From positions 1 through 56,983 of IMG/VR virus record IMGVR_UViG_3300046007_005671: 56,983 bases of DNA. The stretch is one strand, 5' to 3'. The notes beneath the pieces are model-generated. The model was not told the origin of the DNA. It did not search any database and saw nothing but the letters and a program-made list of their open reading frames with translations. Every line of letters begins with the position of its first letter. Within the stretch, counting starts at the first letter, position 1. This document shows, piece by piece, positions 1-8,542 of the stretch. Source of the stretch: a virus (taxonomy: Duplodnaviria > Caudoviricetes). The translations under genes and the position numbers were made by a program.

Positions 1-336
1 TTGCACGCCGTGGACGAATTAAACCACGAATTCGCGCAGTGCTACAAGTACGTCCTCGGTGCTACAGGCTTTTTTGTCGAGTCGCACGCTGTACGAACGC
101 CACTCGGCTTGAGTCCAGTCGTTGGTTGCCAGCTCCGCCGCGTTGAACACGAAGACTTCGTCCCCGATTTGGACCACGAGCCACGTGTTGCCGCCGTACG
201 TTTGGTGCCGGATCGCCCAGTAGCGTTGGCCGTTGGTCCAGTGCGCAAGCTTCACGGTGGTGGTGGCTTTCGCGGGGAAGGCGTCGAGGCATTTCAGTTC
301 GATCCAGCCGGTGAGCGGGCGGTCGTCGGTGCTGGA
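1..336. repeat. Left copy of terminal direct repeat (circular overlap)
   Basis: Matches 56648-56983 with about 7 mismatches by eye. Confidence 0.95.
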
Positions 337-465
337 CGACGCTCGGACGCTGATGTACAGGTCCGGGGTGTCTTTTTTCACCCGGTTCTCGACACGCTCC
401 AGCAGTGCCCAGTGGCCGATTTTGCGGACCAGCCAGTCGTAGAGCTTCTGCTCAGGCAAGCGCAT
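19..465 (-). CDS. PD-(D/E)XK nuclease, Holliday junction resolvase/VRR-NUC-like
   Basis: E(Q)..., RVEN...TPDL...GWIELK...Q..W motif pattern typical of phage resolvase-like nucleases. Confidence 0.7.
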   Translation of the reverse strand: MRLPEQKLYDWLVRKIGHWALLERVENRVKKDTPDLYISVRASSSTDDRPLTGWIELKCLDAFPAKATTTVKLAHWTNGQRYWAIRHQTYGGNTWLVVQIGDEVFVFNAAELATNDWTQAEWRSYSVRLDKKACSTEDVLVALREFVV

Positions 466-553
466 ACACGCTCCGATACCTCTCCGAGGCCTTCCTTGGG
501 GTCTTCCTTGCGTTGGGGGATATAGTACCGGTATGGTAATAGCTTAGCATATC

Positions 554-691
554 TCAAGCGTCTTCCGTGGGCTTCCGTGGGTGGTCGTCACGATCTTCTC
601 GCAGATCCTGCCGCAGTTCGTGAATCGCCCACAACAGCGTGCCCACCCCGAACGCGAGGAAGGCAAGCAGAATGATGATGTGGTCGGCCAT
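554..691 (-). CDS. Small membrane protein (45 aa, below ORF track cutoff)
   Basis: Manual translation MADHIIILLAFLAFGVGTLLWAIHELRQDLRE...; one hydrophobic helix. Confidence 0.45.
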   Translation of the reverse strand: MADHIIILLAFLAFGVGTLLWAIHELRQDLREDRDDHPRKPTEDA

Positions 692-706
692 GGGGCCGAT
701 TGTACC

Positions 707-1138
707 CTACGAGGCCTTTTCACGCAAGGCCTTGCGTAGTGCGTTCAGCAGTCGCATTGTCGCGACGCCGTTGTTCGGGGCGTCCAGCAGAATCGCCGGA
801 TCGATGCCGTACTCGTTGCACAGGGCGACGCGCAAGACGGGGAAGGGGCACTGGGCCACCAGCCGCTGGGCCAGATCCGGTTCCCGAGGGGTCGCCGGGG
901 CCTTCCTTGGGGTCTCGGGGACGCTCGCCACCCGGGGTTGGGCCTTAGGTACCGGGGCGGGTCTCGGTGCCACGGGAAGCCTTCCGGTGGCCTTGCCGCC
1001 GACGATTACGACGCCCGACTCGGTGGTGTATTTCGTGCCGTTGGCACGGGCGTACTCGCCCTTTGCCCACCATGGCACGTAGTCGGGGTCTGCCACGGGA
1101 CGGGGAGAGTGCTCGGTCAGAGGTGCGAAGTCGATCAT
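707..1138 (-). CDS. Hypothetical protein
   Basis: ATGA overlap with upstream gene; C-terminal motif shared with 2014-2523. Confidence 0.7.
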   Translation of the reverse strand: MIDFAPLTEHSPRPVADPDYVPWWAKGEYARANGTKYTTESGVVIVGGKATGRLPVAPRPAPVPKAQPRVASVPETPRKAPATPREPDLAQRLVAQCPFPVLRVALCNEYGIDPAILLDAPNNGVATMRLLNALRKALREKAS

Positions 1139-1410
1139 TGGTTCACCGCCTCTCCGATTTCTTCGGCGGCCGTGTCGAGGTCGTCGATCGCGGACTCGAG
1201 CGAATCGTTGGCCGACTCGAACGCTTGGGCGATCTCTTCGATGCGCTGGCCGTTGTCGGACGCTTGCAGACCTTCGGGCATGTTGTCGAAGCAGTCTTGC
1301 TCTTCAGTCGCGAGGTCTTGCAGGTTCTGCAGAGCGAAGCGCAGATTCCCGAGTGCGGTACGGACGGCGAGCAGTTCGGCTTCTACTTTGGCGCGGCGTT
1401 GCTTGTTCAT
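1135..1410 (-). CDS. Phage hypothetical protein (helical, EEQxxFDNMPEGLQ type)
   Basis: ATAGAGGAC RBS and consensus promoter directly upstream. Confidence 0.8.
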   Translation of the reverse strand: MNKQRRAKVEAELLAVRTALGNLRFALQNLQDLATEEQDCFDNMPEGLQASDNGQRIEEIAQAFESANDSLESAIDDLDTAAEEIGEAVNQ

Positions 1411-1445
1411 GGCGTTGTCCTCTATCTGTTGGTTGAAAAGGTTCT

Positions 1446-1475
1446 ATTATAACACAGGTGCCATACCTTTGTCAA
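1446..1475 (-). promoter_or_regulatory. sigma70-type promoter TTGACA-18-TATAAT, extended -10
   Basis: Perfect hexamers; followed by ATAGAGGAC RBS. Confidence 0.85.
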
Positions 1476-1599
1476 TCCCCCCCATCTTCCGTTGGGAGAA
1501 CCGGAGCCAGCATTTCGCACACAGCCACCGGCCGGGACGGGTTTGGACCCCGCCTTCGGCCAGCCGCTGGGCTTGGCATTTCGCGCAGAAGTGCGTCAT
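1447..1599 (-). CDS. Small Zn-finger protein (50 aa, CAKC...CAKC)
   Basis: Manual translation MTHFCAKCQ...WLCAKCW...GGIDKGMAPVL; ATGA overlap with 1596-1808. Confidence 0.6.
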   Translation of the reverse strand: MTHFCAKCQAQRLAEGGVQTRPGRWLCAKCWLRFSQRKMGGIDKGMAPVL

Positions 1600-1808
1600 A
1601 CCGGACGCTTCAGATCGAGCGGCAGGGCGTCGAGCTTCGCGTCGTCAACGAGCCGGTTCCGGATCTTTGCCAGCTGGATGCGCACGTCGCGCTGGACAGC
1701 TGGGGTCAGATCGCTCAAATCGGCCGTTTTGCCGTAGAAGGCGTCGTCAATCCAGCCCACCGCGATCAGGTGCGCGATGGTCCGAGGTGTCATTTTGTCG
1801 TATTGCAT
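1596..1808 (-). CDS. Hypothetical protein
   Basis: GAGGA RBS; tightly packed in operon. Confidence 0.65.
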   Translation of the reverse strand: MQYDKMTPRTIAHLIAVGWIDDAFYGKTADLSDLTPAVQRDVRIQLAKIRNRLVDDAKLDALPLDLKRPV

Positions 1809-1811
1809 GGT

Positions 1812-2027
1812 TCATCCTCTCAAGTTGTCGTCAATCCATCGGTCCAAGGCGCGGAACGCTAGCCAGCGGTCCACCTCTTGGCCGTCCTTGGTCGGATCGA
1901 ACCACGCATCCACCTTGCCGCCGTTGATTTCGGCGCGGAAGGCGATGCGCTGGCCGTCCAGTAGCATTTCACCCGTGAGGGTGGCCGAGTGCAAGCGCAC
2001 CCGGACTTCTTTTTTAGAATCCAGCAT
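1812..2027 (-). CDS. Hypothetical protein
   Basis: AAGGAGG RBS upstream; operon packing. Confidence 0.7.
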   Translation of the reverse strand: MLDSKKEVRVRLHSATLTGEMLLDGQRIAFRAEINGGKVDAWFDPTKDGQEVDRWLAFRALDRWIDDNLRG

Positions 2028-2523
2028 TGAGTGCCTCCTTGAGTGCTTTGCGGATCATGTTGCCGAGGTTCATGCGTTGCATGCCGGGGTTCAGGTGAGC
2101 GAAGCGGTCGCGCAGATTGGCTTGGGCGATGCCGGTGGAGCTTGCCGCTGTCGAGTAGACCGCGTCGAGGGTCAGCTTGCGCAGAGCCAGTGCCACGTCG
2201 TCGCCTTTGTCGATCGAACGCTTCTTGGAGCCGTCGGCCAACTCGGTGGTGTACGCGGTGTACTGGGGCAAGTACAGCGGATCGACTTTGCCGTTTTTGC
2301 GCTCGTTGATGTCCATCTTGACGCGGGCAGTGGCGCGGGCTTTTGCAATCACGAGTTCGGCGGTCACGGGCGTGGCCTTGGTGATCTCGGTGTGGCCGGT
2401 CAGCTCGCCATTGCGGACCTTGAGGGTCGCGGTTTGGCCGATGGCGCGGATCGTGGTCCAGCCGCCGTTTACGGCGACGATTTCGACTTGGGTCTTAGTA
2501 GCTGTGCGTGTTGCGATTTTCAT
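2014..2523 (-). CDS. Hypothetical protein
   Basis: ATAGAGGAC RBS; promoter upstream. Confidence 0.8.
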   Translation of the reverse strand: MKIATRTATKTQVEIVAVNGGWTTIRAIGQTATLKVRNGELTGHTEITKATPVTAELVIAKARATARVKMDINERKNGKVDPLYLPQYTAYTTELADGSKKRSIDKGDDVALALRKLTLDAVYSTAASSTGIAQANLRDRFAHLNPGMQRMNLGNMIRKALKEALNAGF

Positions 2524-2588
2524 GGTGTGTCCTCTATAAGATTATGGGGTTGTGGATCTCCGGATCTTTTTATCGATCCAGAAACTGA

Positions 2589-2618
2589 ATTATAACACGG
2601 GGGCGATAGGTCTGTCAA
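2589..2618 (-). promoter_or_regulatory. sigma70-type promoter TTGACA-18-TATAAT
   Basis: Perfect hexamers, TG extended -10. Confidence 0.85.
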
Positions 2619-2652
2619 GTACCCCCCTCAAATGACCCTACTGCGAATAGGG

Positions 2653-2925
2653 TCATTCGGCCTTTCCCGAGGGGTCGCGGATCGTGTCGACATACTCTTG
2701 CACCCCGTCGGTCCACTCTTCCTCGGGCCAGTAAACGAGGTACCCTTTGCCCAGCTGGTCCACCATCGCGCCCACTTTGGGCAGACCTTCGAGGTCCGAG
2801 CCGTGGTCCAGCTTGCACGCCACGCACCGGCGTCCATACATGAAGCGGCCGGTGTAGGGGAAAGGTACCAATTCGCGATTCGCGATCGCGTCGATTAGGT
2901 CAGCAGTGGTGTTAAGTATCATCAT
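2653..2925 (-). CDS. Hypothetical protein (YTGRFMYGRRC motif)
   Basis: Start reassigned to 2925 (GGAG RBS, ATGA overlap). Confidence 0.65.
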   Translation of the reverse strand: MMILNTTADLIDAIANRELVPFPYTGRFMYGRRCVACKLDHGSDLEGLPKVGAMVDQLGKGYLVYWPEEEWTDGVQEYVDTIRDPSGKAE

Positions 2926-3143
2926 GCGTAGGCTCCTTTTTTCTTCAGTAGCATTTGGCGGTCGCGGATGGCGTCGATTTCGCACCACAACTTCCGGGCG
3001 TATTCGGGGTCGCGGGTTTCACCGACGGCGAGCATCGCGTCGTAGCAGTCGCGCAGAGCACGATCGCACATATGGGCGTCGTACTCGGCGAACTTGCGGC
3101 GAAAGAGGGCCGCGAGGTCAGTGTAAGAGATCGTGCGGATCAT
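2922..3143 (-). CDS. Hypothetical protein
   Basis: ATGA overlaps on both sides. Confidence 0.65.
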   Translation of the reverse strand: MIRTISYTDLAALFRRKFAEYDAHMCDRALRDCYDAMLAVGETRDPEYARKLWCEIDAIRDRQMLLKKKGAYA

Positions 3144-3436
3144 CGTGTGCCCTCGGGTGTGCCGACGAGGTCGCCGTCCATGATGCGGAAAAGGATCGAC
3201 TTCGCGATGTTGAGCGTCTTGCGTGCGCTCTCATCGTGTCCAGCCGCCATCAGCTCTTGAGCGTCGGACATCAGGCCCGCGACGACCATGTGGCCACCTG
3301 AGACCTTGTAGGTGATCGAGTCCATCACCGCGATGGTGTAGTCTTCGATGCTGGGTACGCCGTAGACGAGCATACTGCGCTTCTCGTCCGTGGTCATGTG
3401 CTGGATGTCTTGTCCTCTGCGGAGTGCTTGTACCAT
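3140..3436 (-). CDS. Hypothetical protein
   Basis: ATAGAGGAC RBS; promoter upstream. Confidence 0.75.
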   Translation of the reverse strand: MVQALRRGQDIQHMTTDEKRSMLVYGVPSIEDYTIAVMDSITYKVSGGHMVVAGLMSDAQELMAAGHDESARKTLNIAKSILFRIMDGDLVGTPEGTR

Positions 3437-3470
3437 TGTGTTGTCCTCTATGTGTTGTTGAAAAGGTTAT

Positions 3471-3500
3471 ATTATAACACAGGTGCTACATATCTGTCAA
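3471..3500 (-). promoter_or_regulatory. sigma70-type promoter TTGACA-18-TATAAT
   Basis: Perfect hexamers; -35 overlaps stop codon of 3497-4267. Confidence 0.85.
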
Positions 3501-4267
3501 GTACCCCTTGCCGCTAGGTAGATCTTTTCGAGCATGCCCACCAGCACAGCCACGCTTCCGTTGCAGTAGTGGAGCTTCGGGGCTTTCCGGTATTTGTCCT
3601 GCACGGCGTGCGAAATGAACTTGGTCATCAGGACAGTGTGCGCTCGTAGGATCTTCGGCCGGTTCACGGCGTCTTCGGCGGTGAAGAAGTACAGGTCCAG
3701 CTTGTCGGCCAGCAGATTGCTCACGTAGTGCGCTTGGGCGGGGATGAGTCCGATCACTAGCACGCCGGGTTTGGCATAGCCAGTCGGGTGCGGGATTGGC
3801 TGGGGGTCGTGCTTCGGGCGTTTCGCGTACTCAGCGTCGAACTGGTCGTCCACGCGTTGCCGGAGTTCCTCCCGGAGCATCGGGGGCCGCATATTTGCCG
3901 CGACCTTAGCCGCCACGGACTCGGCGACGACATCCAGTAGTAGCTCGAGTATATCCGCGAGCCTTCCCTTGGGGGTCTCCTTGCGTTCAGGCGCGAGGGT
4001 TGGGGCTAGTATAGGGGCGGGGACTTCGACGGTCTCCGGGGGCTTCTTCCTTGACTCTTGCAAAGCCTTTTGCCGAGCGACCTCGATACGGTCTTTGTAG
4101 TTGAATACGCGCTGGTCAGTAGCTACGATCCGGCGATCGAATCGAAGCACAGACTGCGCTCGGGTTAATGCCTCTTTGCGAGGAAGATTCGGGAACTGCT
4201 TAAAGACCTCGACCATGTTGGCGAAGACCGCGCCTTTTTCGATTACGGACCAGACTATTCGAGCCAT
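3497..4267 (-). CDS. Hypothetical protein, C-terminal alpha/beta domain
   Basis: ATAGAGGA RBS; 256 aa ORF. Confidence 0.75.
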   Translation of the reverse strand: MARIVWSVIEKGAVFANMVEVFKQFPNLPRKEALTRAQSVLRFDRRIVATDQRVFNYKDRIEVARQKALQESRKKPPETVEVPAPILAPTLAPERKETPKGRLADILELLLDVVAESVAAKVAANMRPPMLREELRQRVDDQFDAEYAKRPKHDPQPIPHPTGYAKPGVLVIGLIPAQAHYVSNLLADKLDLYFFTAEDAVNRPKILRAHTVLMTKFISHAVQDKYRKAPKLHYCNGSVAVLVGMLEKIYLAARGT

Positions 4268-4289
4268 ATTATGTTTCCTCTATGTGTTT

Positions 4290-4315
4290 AAAAAGAGGGG
4301 GCCGAAGCCCCCTTT
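4290..4315 (-). terminator. Intrinsic terminator
   Basis: GGGGGC-TTCG-GCCCCC stem followed by TCTTTTT on minus strand. Confidence 0.8.
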
Positions 4316-4354
4316 AAGATCTCATGGCAACTGCGGAGAACCATGGACACCACG

Positions 4355-4382
4355 ATTATACCAGAGCCATCGCCTGTGTCAA
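4355..4382 (-). promoter_or_regulatory. sigma70-type promoter TTGACA-16-TATAAT
   Basis: Perfect hexamers, TG extended -10, short spacer; -10 contains stop codon of 4356-5336. Confidence 0.6.
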
Positions 4383-5336
4383 TGCGTCGCGTTTCAGACG
4401 AGCACCAGCACCGAACCAAGCGGACTGCAAGCGAGTGTCGCGAGATGCGGCCTTGCGCTCGTGATCGGCGAAGCGGGTGACGGCGTTCAAGAGTCCCCAC
4501 GCTGTGCCTTGGGCGGTCTTGGCTCGCTGGCCCACGCCATCGAGGTAAATCTTCGTCACCAGCTCGATCATCGGACGCTTGGCTTCGACGTCGATCGACT
4601 CGGCTTCGTCGCCGTAGAACACGTCGAGGAAGTAGCGGGTGGCTTCTTCTTTCGACACCTTGCGCTTGGACAGCGAGGTAGCACTGGTCTTGAACTGGCT
4701 CCAAGTGTCCGCGCACAGGCCGAGTTCTGCCTTGAACTTGTCGGCGTTGAACTGGGTGCTGTGCGGCACACGGATTTGGCCGGTCTTGTTCGCCACGGCG
4801 AGCGACAGTGTGTTATTGCACACGACACGAGTGGTCGTGAACTGGGCAGTGTTCGACATCGAGCCGTCGCAAGACGTCGCAAGCAGTAGGTAAGGCAGGA
4901 CCACGTCACCGCCGCCCACGTCGAACGAATCTTCAGCCTTGGCCAACGCCCAGTAGGTGGAGCCGTTGCGCAAGACACCAGCGGTCTCCATCTTGAAGTC
5001 GCCGCCTTCGGTCAAGTCGCGGAAGAATTCCATCACGGCGCGGGGCTGGGTGATGTGGTAGTTGCTCGACATGACGGACAGGGGTTCGCCAGTGTCGGAG
5101 CGGTACAATGCCCAGCGTGCTGGTACGGTCTGCATGCGGACGGGGTTATTTTCCTCGTCGCGCACCTCGTAGGCGATCGCGCCCTTTTTGACTTCCCAGT
5201 CTAGGCCCGCTTCGCGAGTCCAAACGTCGAGGGGAGCGTCCGGGGTGAGCTGTTGTCCGAGTCCGTGCCAAGGTGTCTCTCCTGCGTACGCCATTGAAGC
5301 TTTACCAGCGGAATTGAAGTTAAGTTCGTGTGCCAT
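4356..5336 (-). CDS. DUF932 / TIGR03299-like phage-plasmid protein
   Basis: MAHE...PWHGLG, METAGVL, YLLLATSCDGS, RVVCNNTL, GTAWGLLNAVT motifs. Confidence 0.85.
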   Translation of the reverse strand: MAHELNFNSAGKASMAYAGETPWHGLGQQLTPDAPLDVWTREAGLDWEVKKGAIAYEVRDEENNPVRMQTVPARWALYRSDTGEPLSVMSSNYHITQPRAVMEFFRDLTEGGDFKMETAGVLRNGSTYWALAKAEDSFDVGGGDVVLPYLLLATSCDGSMSNTAQFTTTRVVCNNTLSLAVANKTGQIRVPHSTQFNADKFKAELGLCADTWSQFKTSATSLSKRKVSKEEATRYFLDVFYGDEAESIDVEAKRPMIELVTKIYLDGVGQRAKTAQGTAWGLLNAVTRFADHERKAASRDTRLQSAWFGAGARLKRDALTQAMALV

Positions 5337-5372
5337 GATCTGAAGTGTCCTCTATGTGTTGATGAAGAATGA

Positions 5373-5401
5373 ATTATAACACAGGTGCGATAACCTGTCA
5401 A
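5373..5401 (-). promoter_or_regulatory. sigma70-type promoter TTGACA-17-TATAAT
   Basis: Perfect consensus; ATAGAGGAC RBS downstream. Confidence 0.9.
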
Positions 5402-5408
5402 GTATCGT

Positions 5409-5594
5409 CTAATCGCCCAGTACTTCCCAAGTGTCGCCTTGGTGACCACACTCTTCGCACTGGTAGCCGTATTTCGCCCAAAAGATGTCGTGCCGTGGGT
5501 CGGTCTTTGACTCCAAGCACTTGGTGGCCATACCTGCATTGCAGACGGGGCAAGTGTTCGCGCCCTCGTCCACCTCGACGTCGTCGTCATGCAT
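5409..5594 (-). CDS. Small Zn-ribbon protein (CPVC...CEEC)
   Basis: Two CxxC pairs; AGGAG RBS. Confidence 0.65.
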   Translation of the reverse strand: MHDDDVEVDEGANTCPVCNAGMATKCLESKTDPRHDIFWAKYGYQCEECGHQGDTWEVLGD

Positions 5595-5805
5595 AGTGTA
5601 CTCCTATGATTAACATCGCAAGCAGTGCGACACTGAGGGTCCAAAGGATAGCGTCCCAAAAGCGTTCGGCCGTTGGGCGGTACTCGGGATCGAGCAACGA
5701 GGACTGGAGCCTTTCCATGTCAGCACTCGGCTCCCACGTCTGTGGGGGCTGGTAGTCGCACCCGATCCGGATGCCGGTTTTGGTAGTATACGGGGTAGGC
5801 TTCAT
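5587..5805 (-). CDS. Small membrane protein
   Basis: Start reassigned (MKPTPYTTKTG, ATGA overlap); C-terminal hydrophobic helix. Confidence 0.65.
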   Translation of the reverse strand: MKPTPYTTKTGIRIGCDYQPPQTWEPSADMERLQSSLLDPEYRPTAERFWDAILWTLSVALLAMLIIGVHYA

Positions 5806-6098
5806 TTTACGATCTCCATCTGACGAATGTTCATCACCTCGACTTCGCCGGTGTTCTCGGCAATCCACTCGGCCGGGAGCTTCGCACGGACGGCGTCCAT
5901 GTCGAGCTGGGGACGCTTGGTGAATTTGATCTCGATCTGGTGCTGGTCGCCACGGTAGATAGCGTCGCCACCGGCGCGGAAGATCTCCTTTAGGTGCTTC
6001 TCGCGGGCGGTCAACGCCTTGAGCTGATCACGCACGCTGGCGAGTTCGTCCACCATGTCAGTGGTGATCGCGACGGGTTTAGTAGTAGTCTTTGCCAT
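5802..6098 (-). CDS. Hypothetical protein
   Basis: Start reassigned to MAKTTT after ATAGAGGAC RBS. Confidence 0.75.
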   Translation of the reverse strand: MAKTTTKPVAITTDMVDELASVRDQLKALTAREKHLKEIFRAGGDAIYRGDQHQIEIKFTKRPQLDMDAVRAKLPAEWIAENTGEVEVMNIRQMEIVK

Positions 6099-6161
6099 GA
6101 TTATGTGTCCTCTATGTGGTCTATCGGTTGGTCCGGATCGTCTCACTGATCCAGTCCCTGT

Positions 6162-6191
6162 ATTATAACACAGGTGGGGTAGCCTTGTCAA
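6162..6191 (-). promoter_or_regulatory. sigma70-type promoter TTGACA-18-TATAAT
   Basis: Perfect hexamers encoded in last codons of 6163-6468. Confidence 0.85.
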
Positions 6192-6468
6192 TACCCCCCT
6201 TTGGTATTCGTGTTGCCACGATGGTCGCGTACCCCGCGATGTCCACCCACGAGTCAAGGTGGTTCGGGTCGCCGTTCAAAATGCGGGACGCCTTGCACGC
6301 GATCATATCGAGCGATTCGCGCTGGTGGTACTCCAGCCGGTCCCAGCCCGGGCATTCGCGAAAGAGATCCTTCAGCGTTTGTGCGATCTCGGCTTGGATC
6401 GTGTAGTCGCCGTACGCACCCCCGCGCTCGGTAACTATACCGTCTATATCAAGAGATGACTGCGGCAT
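6163..6468 (-). CDS. DUF6378-like phage protein
   Basis: ERGGAYG ... KASRILNGDPNHLDSWVDIAGYA motifs. Confidence 0.75.
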   Translation of the reverse strand: MPQSSLDIDGIVTERGGAYGDYTIQAEIAQTLKDLFRECPGWDRLEYHQRESLDMIACKASRILNGDPNHLDSWVDIAGYATIVATRIPKGGIDKATPPVL

Positions 6469-7696
6469 GAGCTAGTCCTCCCTTTTTGTACCGGTTCTTG
6501 TACCCGCCCGGAGGTGCATCTTCCAACAAACGCTGGACGATCTCGTCGGGGTCGTACCCTTTAAGCATGCCACGGATTAGGGCTTCGGTCGTGGCCTGTC
6601 GTCCGAGCGTTGCAGGACCCATTGCCCCCTCGATTCGTCCGGGGTTCGCTACCACTTGCGGCTCGGCCAAGTTCTTGAGCAAAGCGTTCTCGTGCGGGCG
6701 TACTTGGCTGAATCGCAGAGGCGACGCCGTACCCGTGCCGGGGCCGTAGGCACCAGCCAGTTGCGCTTCGCGTGTGAGGAGCGTTCCGATCGTCTGCTCG
6801 GGTGTCATCGATAGAAAATCCGGCGTGCGAAGCTCCGACGCCGCGTCCATAAATTCGTCGGTCTTGCGATTTGCGACCATGCCCGGACCGCCGAATAGCT
6901 TCTTCAGGTAGTAATCCTCGCTTTGCGCGGAGCTGATCGGTGCGGAGAATAGCTGGCCGGACATCCCGGGCATGTGACTCATCTCCTCTACTGGAGAAAT
7001 GAACCGCAAGTCGCCGTGTCCGAGTGAGTGCGACGCCACGTTGCCGAGTCGCCGCGCTTGATTCACATCGGTCAAGTGCGACGCCACGTTGCCGTGACCC
7101 TGTGCTCGCATCATGTCGTACGCCAGCGCGTACATCTCTTTGCCTTTCGCTGGCAGACTCTTCCACCACGCGGCACTGGGGTCTCGCATTCCGTACCCTT
7201 CGGGCTTGACATCCATCGCGTAAAGCTCGGTCATCACTGGATCGGGCATTGACGGAGTCCGGCGAAGATCGTTAGCGGCGGCTTGTTCCATGAACTTTTG
7301 GATACCGTACCCTAGGTCTTCTTTACCGGGGCGAGCGCGGCCGTAGGTCCAAGTGATATTGGGATATTGACCCATCGCGTGCGCTTGATCTATATCTTTC
7401 GGAGCTTTGCTCTCGGGATCGAGCCGAAGCTTACCGGTTCTAGGCATGAATCCCTTGGCCACCGCATCTTCATCGGTACTCGACATCGTCGCACGAATCG
7501 GTTCGCCGGTGGAAGTCTTGCCAAAAATCCCGGCCTTGTTATACTGCTCCACGATTTCTGCCGGGAGCATGCCCTTTTGCGCTTGACGCATCCCAAGCGG
7601 AATGCGCTGGGCGTCCGGAGTGCGGGCAATGGCACGATGGCCCCTACCCACCCCCTCCATTAGGTCAGCGAACGAGAGATTCTTGATTGGCGGCAT
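6449..7696 (-). CDS. Hypothetical protein, possible GNAT-like region, C-terminal YKKGG motif
   Basis: Long ORF overlapping HDAC gene; start MPPIKNL follows GAGG; function is inference. Confidence 0.7.
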   Translation of the reverse strand: MPPIKNLSFADLMEGVGRGHRAIARTPDAQRIPLGMRQAQKGMLPAEIVEQYNKAGIFGKTSTGEPIRATMSSTDEDAVAKGFMPRTGKLRLDPESKAPKDIDQAHAMGQYPNITWTYGRARPGKEDLGYGIQKFMEQAAANDLRRTPSMPDPVMTELYAMDVKPEGYGMRDPSAAWWKSLPAKGKEMYALAYDMMRAQGHGNVASHLTDVNQARRLGNVASHSLGHGDLRFISPVEEMSHMPGMSGQLFSAPISSAQSEDYYLKKLFGGPGMVANRKTDEFMDAASELRTPDFLSMTPEQTIGTLLTREAQLAGAYGPGTGTASPLRFSQVRPHENALLKNLAEPQVVANPGRIEGAMGPATLGRQATTEALIRGMLKGYDPDEIVQRLLEDAPPGGYKNRYKKGGLAHAAVIS

Positions 7697-8531
7697 AATA
7701 GACCTCATCGCTGATCGCCAGCGTTTGCAGGTGGATGTCGATCGTGTGTTGCATCGGCTTCGAGTATCCCCCTGCTAGATTCCAGACTAATGGGACCCCG
7801 GCTTCGCGTGCGGCGGTGAAGATGCCACGATCGCGGGCCGCTAGACCCTCCTTGGACAGGTACCCGGCACCGTAGGGATCTTGGTCCCAAGCGTCAGCAC
7901 CGGCCTGATATAGTATTATACCCGCCTTCGAGCTTCGAATCAATCCCTTAGCAAACGACTGCCACATCTCAGCGTTCCAGTGCGAATGGACTGGGCGTCC
8001 GATATCCGGGCGAGTGATGTTCGTAACGCGACCCCGGATCATCAGGTGGTCCAGTACGTCCTCAGTGCCATCGCCGTGGTGCCCGTCCCCGTCGATAATC
8101 AGCACGTTCGTCGCGCCGTTCCGGAGTGCCTTCATCGCGGTGATCATCAGCCCGTTGAACGTGCAGAACCCGTAGCCATCCTCGAAGTGCGCATGGTGGA
8201 AGCCCTGAGTCGCGGAGCACGCCACGCCACCACGTACGCCACCTTGCTGGAGTACATGTTTAGCCGCCGCCCAGTGGCCAGCGTTCGAGTAGAGAAGCGA
8301 GTTGGTGATCTCGGGATCGATCGTGCCGAACCCGTTGGGGGCGACATTCTTCAGCACACCACGGACGTACTCGCGGTGATGGGCCTCTTCGAAGTCAACC
8401 GCCGTGTACGGCTCGAAGTTCGATCGCACATCGCCCTCCAACTGGTGGATGAATTCGGGGATCTTCGCTACCGAGATGAAGTCGTAGGAGACCTCTTGGG
8501 CCGGGTGGTAGAATATGGGGGTACTAGTCAT
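7665..8531 (-). CDS. Histone deacetylase (HDAC/AcuC/APAH) family Zn-dependent amidohydrolase
   Basis: GFHHA, GFC, DGDGHHGDGT, YQAGAD, GGY motifs all present. Confidence 0.92.
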   Translation of the reverse strand: MTSTPIFYHPAQEVSYDFISVAKIPEFIHQLEGDVRSNFEPYTAVDFEEAHHREYVRGVLKNVAPNGFGTIDPEITNSLLYSNAGHWAAAKHVLQQGGVRGGVACSATQGFHHAHFEDGYGFCTFNGLMITAMKALRNGATNVLIIDGDGHHGDGTEDVLDHLMIRGRVTNITRPDIGRPVHSHWNAEMWQSFAKGLIRSSKAGIILYQAGADAWDQDPYGAGYLSKEGLAARDRGIFTAAREAGVPLVWNLAGGYSKPMQHTIDIHLQTLAISDEVYYAANQESLVR

Positions 8532-8542
8532 GGTGATGTCCT

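Noticed and set aside
5802-6098. FRAGG in a small early protein as another xGG tag
   Set aside because: Single internal occurrence in an apparently folded region; compatible with chance and useful as a background control
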